From Lepidodermella squamata (lineage: Eukaryota; Animalia; Gastrotricha), in NCBI GenBank assembly GCA_047495785.1, contig JBLDXI010000017.1:1550001-1614000 (forward strand): a stretch of 64,000 nucleotides of DNA, read 5' to 3'. Position numbers and translations under genes: made by a program. The notes beneath the pieces were generated by a model, which made no database searches, was not told where the DNA came from, and saw nothing but the letters and a program-made list of their open reading frames with translations. Positions 23,709 through 34,898 of this stretch are shown piece after piece. Numbering within the stretch: position 1 is the stretch's first letter; the number at the start of each line of letters is the position of its first letter.

Positions 23709-24574
23709 GGACTGTGGGTTAAAGGTTAAGTGAATGGGGAATGGGAGCTCAGGAGACGGATGAAAGTTGTACAACACTTGAACACCCCAGGAACGCTAGC
23801 TTAAAGATCAGCGTCAGCGCGAGACGCGAGACCGGCAAAAAACACGTTGCATATAATAAAATCATGATATTTTCAATAATTCAAGCTATTAAACAATTCT
23901 GGTTATTCATGAGAAATAAAATCGAAAAACAATTGAGGAAGGCCCGCGCTTGCTAATTTTTTTAGCTGATTTCCTGCGATTTTTCTTGCGTTTTGCGATG
24001 CAGGTATGGCTGTGATTGATGCTTAACGGTTAGCTACCAGTCCAGTCAGTCAGTAACCGATTGAGCTGTCTTTCAGTCGCAGAGTGCCCTAGTTTGCCGC
24101 TAAGTTGTGCTTTATTTCGATACTACCTATAACCTAAAAAAAAGTCGCAGCGTGGAAAATAGGAAAATAGGCGACGAATGTGCAATGTCATCTTCCTTCA
24201 GTACATCGTAGCTCGTCGTAGCTCATTGGAATAAGGCTGATTTTCGAAGAGTTTCTTGGAGGTAGTGCCCCTTGTCTGCAGCTCAAGTCTGCACATATAA
24301 TTGTGCCTAATCAAAGGATGTTACTGTCTGCTCCCGGTCTGCTAATTTGGAGAAGGTTTTTAATCTCACGGTTTAAACAGTTGTTAATCTCTCTTTACTT
24401 ATAGTCGTTCAAGATCCAATCGGGAATTCGTAGCGTCCTCATATCTCATATTGTCGCATCGAGATCTAACTTAGCAGTTTTCTACTTTCTACCCAAAAGC
24501 GTTGTTAACCTGAAACGTTCATGTTACGTTGTCTTTCTAGATATATTTATACGTCTTGAACTTCAGCTTCAGTA

Positions 24575-25804
24575 ATGCCAGTGCTGCCGCCAACGGAGGC
24601 TAGCGCAGCGGCATCAACTTCCGCGTCTGGTCTCGTTCTTGCTACCGGTGGTTACGATTTTTCTGTCCGATTATGGCAAGTTGCTACTGGTGCTTGCGCA
24701 AAAGTTTGTCAACATGCCGAGTCTCATGTCGTAGCTCTAGCTATCACACCTGACAGACGCACGGTTGCCGCTGCAGGCTTTCAAGGAATCAGGCTTTACG
24801 ACACCGTCGGATCAAGCCAGGCTCCTACAAATAGATTCGACCGCCTCCCGAAAAATGTTATGTGCGTTGGATTTAACAAAAGTGGCCAATGGATGTATTC
24901 GGGTGGCGAAGATGGATTCGCTCGAATTTTCGACTTGCGCGCTCGCCCTGGAGCAGCGCCTGCTGGCCATTGTTGCCTGAGAGTTGATCGTCCTGTAATG
25001 TCGATGGCACTTCATCCTACGAAACCCGAAATGTTTGTCGGAGTTCAGACTGGCGGTATTCACGTGATGGACTTGCGAACTCTGTGGAATGAGGAATGGT
25101 CGATCGAGGGTTCTGAAGTGGCTATTTTATCACTGTCGCCACATCCATCTGGTCAACTGTTGGCCGCTGCGACGAGTGGTGGCATGATTTACTTGTATAC
25201 AGTTGGCGATGCTCTTCCATCAGCCGTTCAGTCGCCTCGGGAAACTGCATTACCTGGCCAAGGGCAAAGCAGTGGAACAATAGGCTCTGTATCCCAACTT
25301 AGTGGCAGACCATTCGCTTTACAAGCTCACTCTCGGCACGTTCTGAAATGTGCTTTCAGTCCAGACGGTCGCTTCCTTGCTACAGTATCAGCAGATAAGA
25401 CTGCTAAAATCTGGCGAGTGTGGATGAGCAAATCCACCCCTTCAGCGGCGCAATGCGTCGACAGCAATGGCGATATTCCTCCTGTTCAAATCGGCGCAAA
25501 TTTTGTTTGTGAATTACCGCACCCAGCTCCAAGGATGTGGATTTGGGATTGTGCATGGGCAGCCGATTCGCAGCACATCTTTACAGCTTGTGCTGATAAT
25601 GTTGTTAGGCTTTGGGTTCTACCTCCAGAAGTTCTAAATGGAGTTGCATCGTCCCCACCTTCGCCATCGTCAGCATCACCATGTGCTACTCCGCCGAAAG
25701 GAGACTCAACAAATACACCAACTTCGGTTCCACGAGCCACGTTGGCGCTCGAGTATCACGGCCATCAAAAACCCGTTGTTGCTTTAGCATACGCCGATCA
25801 TTAA
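24575..25804 (+). CDS. MLST8: Target of rapamycin complex subunit LST8 (WD40), intronless
   Basis: LATGGYDFSVRLWQ...CQHAESHVVALAITPD, WMYSGGEDG, LKCAFSPD..LATVSAD, WIWDCAW, EYHGHQKPVVALAYAD. Confidence 0.92.
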   Translation: MPVLPPTEASAAASTSASGLVLATGGYDFSVRLWQVATGACAKVCQHAESHVVALAITPDRRTVAAAGFQGIRLYDTVGSSQAPTNRFDRLPKNVMCVGFNKSGQWMYSGGEDGFARIFDLRARPGAAPAGHCCLRVDRPVMSMALHPTKPEMFVGVQTGGIHVMDLRTLWNEEWSIEGSEVAILSLSPHPSGQLLAAATSGGMIYLYTVGDALPSAVQSPRETALPGQGQSSGTIGSVSQLSGRPFALQAHSRHVLKCAFSPDGRFLATVSADKTAKIWRVWMSKSTPSAAQCVDSNGDIPPVQIGANFVCELPHPAPRMWIWDCAWAADSQHIFTACADNVVRLWVLPPEVLNGVASSPPSPSSASPCATPPKGDSTNTPTSVPRATLALEYHGHQKPVVALAYADH

Positions 25805-26028
25805 TCACGCGCCAAATTGAATTGGAAAATAACTCGGTTCGTAAACTTAACAGTGGCTTACGCGTTTCCAATGAGATTTTGACGCCTGTAAGCTATTTCT
25901 ATTTGTATAAAACTGCACTTGGTGCTAATCTTCTTGCGATTGTCTAATCTTATATATCATCATTTGAGTATGAAACATATTTTTAACATTCATTTCTTTT
26001 CTAATAGCCGTTTTATTTTAAAATTATT

Positions 26029-29000
26029 ATGGTCGAAAAAGCCTTGACAGACTTGAATTCGCAACTATCGGTTGATTGCACAGACTTTTTAAATGTAAGT
26101 TTTTTTCATGATGTGCAACGCGCTAATAATTGAATGATTATTTAAACAGGAAAAATTTGACGTCGATGGCTTTATCGTGAAACATCGTCGGAAAGTTACC
26201 CTTGAGAGCTTGAAAAAGGATCTACAAGTCGTTTCAAAGTACCTCAAAAACGCGGTTGTCGAGACAGTGAACAACAACTACACAGAATATGTCAGTCTTT
26301 CGACGAACTTGGTCGGTCACGATAGAGATATCGCCTCGCTGAAAACATCTTTCTTCACACTATCAACTCGGTTCGATTCGGTGATCAAACGTGTCGATAA
26401 GTTGAACACCGACGTGGATGTTACTGCTCAGAAGTTGGACCGGCTTGCTAATTCGAAAGACAGGATTCGCAGATCGCGCCATATTTTGATCACGCTCGAC
26501 AAATTGGACTCCCTTCATTCCAGTCTGTTGACAGAAGGTCAGAATAGCCCGCAATACATTCACAATTTCGAACGTCTTTGCTGCAACTGGGCTGATTTGC
26601 AATGGCATCTAACAGTATACAGTGAATTACCTGTGGTTTCCGCTCAAAAAGACCGAATTTCGCGGATAGTTGACTCAATTCAAACTTACGTCGAACGTCT
26701 CGTTGTCAATTTCGTGCAATCTAATACGAACAGAGACTTATTTATAAGCTGCCTTCAAATTTTGGCGTTCTTCAACCGGAAGCGGTTCGTGGAAGACGTA
26801 ATCAGGCGAAGAATATGCAGACCATATCTCCGCGATGTGATGACTGAAGACCGTCTTCAATCTTCCAATTTAGAAGCTCTTTTCTCAGATCTACTCGACT
26901 TTGTTTCGGAAAACGTCATTCCGATCCACATTCTCGCTACCACAATCGATAATGCACCTAATGATTTCATTTCTCGGTCGTTTTGGCTGGAATTCGTATC
27001 GCAGCTGGATTCGCCCAATCTTCGAGGCCTTTTTACTGTAGCCGACCCTGCGATTTTTCATCGCAACTACAAACTAACCCTCAAATTCGTGAAACAAGTG
27101 GAAGATTGCTTGAATTCGAAAAGTTCGCATTCATCGGCAAAGTCGATGACCTCATTTCGCGATTCTCAATGCTACGAACAACTAATGTCGAAATGGAATC
27201 TAGCTGTCTATTACCAGTTGCGGTTTCAAGAAATTTGCGGGCGACTCGAGAGTGACCTTGCTGCGACTCAAACAACATTTGCGGCTGAAAATTCTAGCGA
27301 ATCTTTTTGGTTGGATGCGACAAAAGCTGTTAATACCGCACTTGACGAGTTATGGAATGAAGAAACCGTATTCATAGCAGCGCTGTCTCATCGGTTTTGG
27401 AAACTATCCCTGTTAGTCCTGCATCGTTTCGCCGCCTGGATTCAAAATCAGGTTTGAAAATTTCCCACCTTAATTTATCTAAGAAGAGTCACGGCAAAGT
27501 CGAACTTGGGAGTAATTCAGAAGGTTATGATGAGTTCAACCGCTACATTCGATCTATATGATACGATTTTAAAACTCTGAACCTGCGTTCCTTCATTTCC
27601 GACTTGCATAAAATATTTCTTCAATTTATTTAGTCTGTAGATTTTATTGAAAATGACAGCGACAGATGACGAGGTGAAAGAGGCCTTGAAGAAACTGCAA
27701 GAAAAGACGGAAACTCGCGTGCTCTTCCACAACCATCTTATTTCTGTCGCCCTTGCGATTTTTCTGGTAACAGTCGGGTTACCGGTATGGTGGAAAGCCA
27801 CTGAAACAAAACGAGCTCCGTTGCCTTATTCGGAAATTGAAACTTTATCTGGCTCAGTTTTACACGTGAATTTCACTGTCGAGATTCTGAATTTCGACAA
27901 TCTAGTCAAAGATAAATCCGATGCGTTGAAATCGCTCCTGTCATCATCTCTAGCAGCTAAATTTTCTTCGAGTAAAATAGAGTTCGAGCCCGTTGTGAAA
28001 ATCGATACTTTCATTGCTCGAATTCACGATCTGAGAACAATGCCCGATGCAAAAGAACTCGAAATCAGGTTTCCCGATAAGTTCAAGTCAAAACTTGACG
28101 GTTTCGGTATCAAAGTCATTCTGGGCGAGAAATCGTCTTTCCCGCAGTGGGCCTCGCATGAATTTGTGATCAATGATGCGATTTTCGTTGAAACAACTGT
28201 AAATATCGACGAGTTATCCAACCGAATCGTCACAGTTTTGGACAAAAATACCCTTGGTTTTGCGAATGTCCGAACTGCATTGGGTCTTTCCGGTGCCACG
28301 AATGGTTACGTTACGTATAAATCAAGTCCAGCCTACGATATTACACTGACACTTGCTGTTTGCGACCCATCTCGCGTTAAGGTCACCTGGGACTCGAACG
28401 AAGCGATTCGCCAATATTTGGACCCAATGCTTGCACCGTTGCGCAAATTTGTAACTATCAATGTCGCATCTCAATCGCTATTCTACATGGATCTTCAAAC
28501 CGGTTTCTTGACATCAGGCAAAAATTCGATGACTGTGGATAAATTACCGCTCGTTCGCAATCAAGTCGAAAGCCGTTTGTACTCATTTGTCTCGAACAAT
28601 CCGCAAATTCAATTGATCGCTTACGTGCCTTGTAATCCGGAAGTTCCGATTTCTCTGGAAGATGAAACTGGTAACAAGGTCGAATCGAACGCTTTTATTG
28701 CTCCTCGTTGGGGTGGTATTTTGTTCTACGACAAATTTGGTGCTAAAAAGGACGAGCTAACCATTGATAACGATGTGGTTATGCCTATTTTTGGCGTTCA
28801 ATTGCTTCAATTACTCGGACTTGACACAAAAACTGAAGAAAGTAACGCCATTCCACATATTCCACTTCAAAAATGGTTGTTCTGGCGAACTGCTGAAAAC
28901 ATCGCTACTTCATCTCAGACTTTGGTTTCCCTCATCGAGCTGCTGGAAAAAGTGAAAAACATGGTTATCAGTGAAGAAATTGCATTCCAGGTAAGTCAAA

Positions 29001-30639
29001 ATGTCCAACTATCATTTAATTACCGGCCTAAAATGATGAACAAAACCGCTACATTCGATTTAAATGATAAAATATCTAAGCACCTGAATTAAATTTTGAA
29101 GAAATCGTTTCCTAATTATTAGACTTGTTGATTAATTCGTCCATTCCATTTCAGGTTGCTCAATCGGTTGACTGCATTCACACGGCAATTGGTCACTTGA
29201 AAGAAGGCAACATTGAACAGGCGTTTGTTCAATCTCGTCAGGCCTTCGCCTTCTCTGAAAAAGCCTTCTTTGACCCTTCTCTTCTTGGTCTCCTCTACTT
29301 CCCTGACGATCAGAAATTCGCAATTTACATCCCACTGTTTTTACCTGTCGGCCTTCCTCTTGTGATGTCTGTGTTTGCTGCTTTTAAATGGTTCAAAGCT
29401 CAGAAAGAAAAAACGAAGACGGAATAACTCACTGCTGAAGGAACTTTAAAACCTAGCGTTTCATGTGTTTATCATAAAATTATTATTCTTACTTTTTCGT
29501 GTGACGAAAAAATCCCGACGTTCGACTTTGCTGTGACAATTTTCTCATCCAAAAACGAATTTGCAATACATTTTCTTTCGTTACAAATTTGTATTTTTAT
29601 GCTAGGCTGAAGCTGCGAAGAAAAATGGCTCCTCCTCCCCGTTTCTTATGCTCGCGACCTATTTACTGGCGGACTGGAGGTCATATCAACAAGTCGTGGA
29701 GAACACGTTGTTGGCGAAAATTTTCGCCCTCACCGATGCTTCCCCTGAGGGACGGCAAGTTTTGCGAAGCGCTCTCCGAATCGCCACTGGCCACATAAGC
29801 ACGGCAGTCTCTGCTTTTGTCAGTGCTATTGCAGCAAATCTAGCGAAAGAATGCGCCGTTCCTCTCAAGCACATTCAAGATATTCCTCGTTTCTACCGCA
29901 AGATGAATCGAGATGTAAAGTGCTAAATATTTTTGTGAATTCCTCCTTAATTGTTTTAATTTTCCAGGCTCCTACAAAGCCATCGCAGTATGTATCGCTC
30001 GTTATCAAGCCGCTGGAAGACTGGAATTCGAAAGCGAATTCGGTGCTAGATAGCTCAGAAATCGAATCGTTCCTCCAGAATGCAACTAACGCATTCCTTC
30101 CCGGGCTTTACTCATCAGTTAATGATCAAATGCAATCTGTTCGAGTTATGGAGGAAAGTCTACGTCGTCTTCAAAATCGCCGCGCCAAGCCTTCTACTAA
30201 CAATCTCCAGTCATCAGGCGCACTGAGTGATGACGATAAGATTCGACTCCAGCTTAAAATCGATGTTGAAATTCTATTTGAAAGGGTTAGAAATTCGAAA
30301 CTATGGAAATGAAATTTTTTTACCTATCGTTTTCAGCTCTCGGCTTTGAATATTAAGGTGGACTCGGAAGATGCGGTGCAAGTTTTACAGCTCTTTTCGA
30401 ATGTTAACAGCCAACAGTTTTCCAAAATTTCTGCCTCGGGAGCGGCAACTCCACCCCCTGATGGTGTTCTCATCAACAATAACCTCGTTAGCGCTCAGGA
30501 GAATGAATGGCGCGGTTCCAACTCGGATCTTCTATCGATGAATGTTCCCAACTCTAACGGCAATAACGGAGCCAGTGAATCGCCGAACGGGCATTCTAAC
30601 AGCAGTAATGACTTGACCGCCCTCAGTGTGAAACAGTGA
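26029..30639 (+). CDS. COG2: Conserved oligomeric Golgi complex subunit 2 (exons 26029-26094, 26150-27451, 29606-29914, 29968-30285, 30337-30639)
   Basis: FDVDGFI..RRKVTLESLKKDL, NNNYTEYVSLSTNLVG, KWNLAVYYQLRFQEI, HRFWKLSL, DIPRFYRKMNRD-APTKPSQYV, MEESLRRL, SDDDKIRLQL; ~765 aa when spliced across the 2154-nt intron. Confidence 0.92.
27527..27580 (+). ncRNA. Box C/D snoRNA copy A (orphan guide AACCGCTACAT)
   Basis: ATGATGA 27527, CTGA 27577, AGGT/ACCT terminal stem, internal D'/C'-like TCGA...ATGATA; paralogous to 29033-29087; 60 nt upstream of the AG at 27639-27640. Confidence 0.75.
27653..29427 (+). CDS. PIGS: GPI transamidase component PIG-S (exons 27653-28990, 29155-29427), nested on the same strand in COG2 intron 2
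   Basis: GLPVWWKATETKRAPLPY, NAFIAPRWGGI, TLVSLIELL, SEKAFFDPSLLGLLYFPDDQKFAIYIPLFLP, basic C-terminal tail. Confidence 0.93.
29033..29087 (+). ncRNA. Box C/D snoRNA copy B in the PIG-S intron
   Basis: ATGATGA 29033, CTGA 29084, shares AACCGCTACATTCGAT-TA-ATGATA with copy A; flanking ATTTAATT/AATTAAAT stem; 67 nt upstream of the 3' splice site. Confidence 0.75.
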
Positions 30640-31363
30640 TTATGGACTAATTCGTTGATTAAATTATTTAAAACGCCGTTCACTTGTTGTGCGTTCCTTA
30701 TAAAGTGTAATGACCACTACTGTTATAATTATACTATTGTTTCAGCTTGATACGATGTCACCTTCAAAAGCTGCGTTAAAAACCGCTGTTATTCTCGGCA
30801 ATGCTGCTGCTGTGTTTTCTTCTGTGATAATACTGACTGAATAGACAAATTTTGTGGCTTGTGGATGGATGATAAAATAATCTTATTATTCAACTGTCTC
30901 AGTGGCAACGATTTGTGGCAATTATTCTTGTGAAGATGGAAGCTACTAACGCACCGACACAAGGCGTTGTTTGCGTTGTGATTTATCGGCCATAATAACA
31001 ATTAACTAGGAATTAAGGTGTAACGGTTAAAGCGGCGTTTTCCTTCTTTATTGATGTTATAATGGGATAAATATATGGGTGAAATATATAATGTTTTGTC
31101 CGATGGATAAATCGGATGTTCGCTTCTTGAAGCATGCACTGCTTTCTAATTATATAAAAATATTAATATTGTGACTTGAAAGATGATGAAGAACACCATA
31201 AAATTACTTTTGACAAGAATACGTTTTTGTTTTCTTTAAAATTTGTAGGTGTTAAAAACAATTGTCAGCCCGAGCTGAGCGTTGAAGAGAAGAGTTGTCC
31301 GAGTGAAATTATCGAAGATTTTTTTCAGCTAGCTCAATTTTTTAATTTCTAGTTATTGATGCG

Positions 31364-33481
31364 ATGCCGAAACGTGCGTACAGCGTTATGGTCAATGACG
31401 AGCTGTATACGGTAGATTCGGGAGAAATTGAATTTCTCGGCTAAAAAGTGTTTCACAGGCTCTGACATGCAGTATCTGTCTTGACTTTTTCAAAAGCCCG
31501 AAGCAGCTACCGAGTTGCTCGCACACTTTTTGTGCCCCATGCCTTGAATCGCTTGTTTCGAGTTCTGCGAACGATATGTATTTTGACTGTCCTAACTGCC
31601 GAACTAGAAGTTTTATAGCTGCAGGTGGCGTGAAAGGTAAAAATTTCATATGCAATCAGCTGCTGTTCCAAAGGTGTAAAAACAGCTTTTCAGGCAAATA
31701 TTGTCGCCCAACAGTTGGTTGAAAAGTTGAACCTAGAAAGACTTGCTGAGGAAGAAAATAACAATTGCCAATCTTCATCGGATGACCCAAGTGAAACTTG
31801 CGTCCACTTATTCAATAACAGCCGCAAAAATTGCGCGCATTGCAATTATCGATTTTGCAATCTATGCATGTCTGGCCATTTGAAAAAAGTGCGGACCAAA
31901 CTCTTGGAAAGCGTCGCTGAGTTCGAAGCGAAACTATCAGCAGTTGATACTAAGCCGTTTCGAGACAGAACTGCTGAACAAATCCGGGCGTTGGAAGACG
32001 AGTTGGATGTTAGGCTAGCTGTTATCGAAACTGCCATGAAGGCAGAGAAAACGAGGATTCTAGCCGAGGCCAAGGCCCTGGTCAATCAGGAATATGACAA
32101 AGCAACAGCCTTTCTATCAGAGAATGGGGCTTACCAACGAAAATCTGCCGAGTTAAAGGAGAAACCAGAAAATCAACTTAGCTGTGAAGAATTGGCTGCC
32201 TTTCGAGCTGAATTCTTGAAACGAGAAAAATTGGTCTAGAAATATTTTGCAATATTATTAAAAAATATGCAGCGTGAATTTTATTTAGGTGGATGCAGCA
32301 ATGCTGAAATTGAACTCGGAAATCCCAGTCGAGCTCTCGTTGCAAAGTGATACTAGCTTTATTAGTACTGCTATGAGTAAATGGAAGGTTGCCGTGAAAT
32401 CAGAATCCGGGATAATGAATCCAGTCGTCGATTCAAACTCGGTCTCGGTCGTCAGTGAGGACGAAATGCCGTCATTAGACGTTTTAAACACCGGAATCAC
32501 GTCGAACCGAGCCGCTTTTTTCAGCTCGATGTCCATGGTTATCTCAGGCGCGACTAAAGATTCGTTTGGCGGGTCGATTCGACTGCCTAGGCGAGTTTGC
32601 GCGCTAACCGCCGATCGAGTGGCTGTTATTCATGAAGTTAACAGAATAAGCGTAAATTTTAAGGTGGACTTCTCAAGTTTTGTCTTAAATCAATCTGATA
32701 GATTTTTCAATGGAATGGCCGTATTGCCACAACGCTGAAGATTTACGACCCGCGGAAACCAAAAAGTGAACTATTTCTTCAAGACATCGCATTCGACCAA
32801 GTTGGGAGCTTATACGTCATCGGAGACGGCGGGGCAGTTATAGGGGTTATAACGCTGTCCGCTGTATGTTATCGAATGCCTGAATGCGTAGTGCCGACGA
32901 TTTTCGCGAAAAAATCTGTTCATAACTTCCATGGAATTGCAGTTTGTATACAAAAAGAGGAAGTTTATGTTGGCGAAGGTCCTGTGGTTTCTGTTTATAG
33001 CTTAAAGGAAAAAGTAAAACTTCAAGCTTTTGCCGTCAACGGAACTGAGCCCGCAGTTTTGGGCTGTGTTGGCGATCCGGCTGTCCGCATAATTTTTTCA
33101 ACTAACTCCGGTGATTGGCTGGGATATATCGAACGAAACGATCGTTCGGTGAAAGCAATCGCGACAAAAGGAGCCGGTTCGGGAGAAGTCCATGGTGTTT
33201 CCGGCGTTTGCTTCGACGAACTCGAAAATATGCTTGTTGCCGACGCGAAAAATTCTCGAATTCAAGCGTTTTCGTACAAATCTTTCATCCATTTAACTTC
33301 ATTTGGGTCAGATGTTGAGAATTCAACGCAAGCATCGCAAGGCACTCCTTCGAATAAGTCGAAGTTGAAACCCTTCGGAGTTGCCGTGATGCCGTCCAGC
33401 TCGAGCCAAACAATCCGAATTGTGGTGCCTGATTATGCCGGCCATCGAGTTTGCTTTTTCGAATCTAAAAAAGGGGACTGA
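31364..33481 (+). CDS. TRIM-NHL-like protein 1 (RING, B-box, coiled coil, NHL propeller)
   Basis: RING CSICLDFFKSPKQLPSCSHTFCAPC..CPNC; B-box CVH..CAHCNYRFCNLC..H; NHL GVCFDELENMLVADAKNSRIQAF; four short introns. Confidence 0.8.
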
Positions 33482-33642
33482 TGCAATCACTGATTATATA
33501 TTTGTTGCATCTCATTTTCATTGAAATCTCGACATTGTTTCAGACTTTGTACGTAAAAACTCGTTTGTTATTATAGTCGAAAAGCGATTTTATCAAACTC
33601 GAAGACATTGAGAATCGAAATTGTTGTATATTTTAGATATAA

Positions 33643-34798
33643 ATGATTATGAACAATAACGGCGCGCCTAACGAGCGCAATTTTGACCCATGTTACACGT
33701 TTGTCGGAGGTGCTCAGGTGGTCCCTCCACAAACGCCGAAAAACATTTCCGACTCAGTTGATATTTATTCGAGAATGGGAGTAGTTGCTGTTTATACCGG
33801 GAAACACCTGAGAGAAGGCGACATTCGCAAACCTATTTCAGCCGTTGCTATTCCAGAGCGAGATTTAATCGCAGTAATACACAATGGTCGCCTGATTAGC
33901 GTAAATTATCACCTTATGTTTAACATTTTTTGTGTAAAATATTGGTTGACAGATTTTCAATTGTACAACGTTTCAAATTGAAGAAACTTTCGTCGTTAAA
34001 GATCCGGTTGGTTTCCAGGCCACGAGAGGCCTTCGAGGCGAGCTGGTAGCCGATAATGCCGACTATTTATACGTAACAAGCGAGGGAGCTGTTTCGATTT
34101 TTCGCTTCAATTTCCGCCAAGTTCGCGACCCTGCTAATGTTCACCCTGCAATTTTTGCCTCAGTCCCTGAGAACACGTCACGTTTCTTCCGCGGAATGGC
34201 TATTTCGCTGTCTCGAAAGCTGTTTTTCACAGCGTATGGCAAGGAAATTTTCGCCTTCAACCTCGCAAATGGGAAACTGATGAATCGATGGGATTTAGCT
34301 GAAGAATTCACTAGCGCTTTGGTTCAAGCAGCTGTCGACATGCACCTAGGCCCTAATCTACCCCCTCGAGTATTTTTGGTCGCAACTGCCCTGGGTGGAA
34401 CTAAAATTTTCGGTAAAATCCTGAATTTTGAGGGTCAACCTGACAACACGCCTTGCCAAGTCATCGGCCGTGATTTAGTGGGTGGTCTCGGTCAAATACG
34501 CCACTGCGCTTTCGACGCAGTAGGTAACCTGATTTGCGCCGATTCAAAACGACGAGTAATTCACGTATTCCCTCCATCAATTTCCGGCTCGGTTGTTTCA
34601 TTCGCACCGCCTGAGGAGGATGAAAAGACCCTGGAATGGATTGTTGACTTGAAAAACGAAAGCATCGACCGAGTTTTCAACCCTTCATCAGTCGCTGTGT
34701 TGGTGGATCCGCTGTCGAGGCGAAGACAACCGCTGGTGGTAGCAACCGATTTTTCGCTTGACGCGCTTGTATTTTTTGCTCCTGAACCTGTTGAATGA
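33643..34798 (+). CDS. NHL-propeller-only paralog 2 (exons 33643-33900, 33953-34798)
   Basis: IRKPISAVAIP..AVIHNGRLIS|IF with the array's shared intron; AFDAVGNLICADS; no Zn-finger domains. Confidence 0.75.
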
Positions 34799-34898
34799 TT
34801 AATTTTTAGTAGTTACCTTCCGTTTTTTACTGAGATTAATTTCGAAATAATATCGTAATTTTTTTGAAATTTCTGGTTTTATAGTAATTTAGTTTAAA

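Larger units (their letters stand above)
27488..29537 (+). other. Long-range inverted repeat (arms 27488-27511 and 29513-29537) bracketing nested PIG-S
   Basis: GTCACGGCAAAGTCGAACTTGGGA pairs with TCCCGACGTTCGACTTTGCTGTGAC: 18 contiguous bp (one G-U), a 1-nt bulge, then 6 bp (one G-U). Confidence 0.9.

Noticed and set aside
26177-27457. COG2 as a truncated gene or pseudogene
   Set aside because: The missing C-terminal part is present and in frame at 29606-30639.
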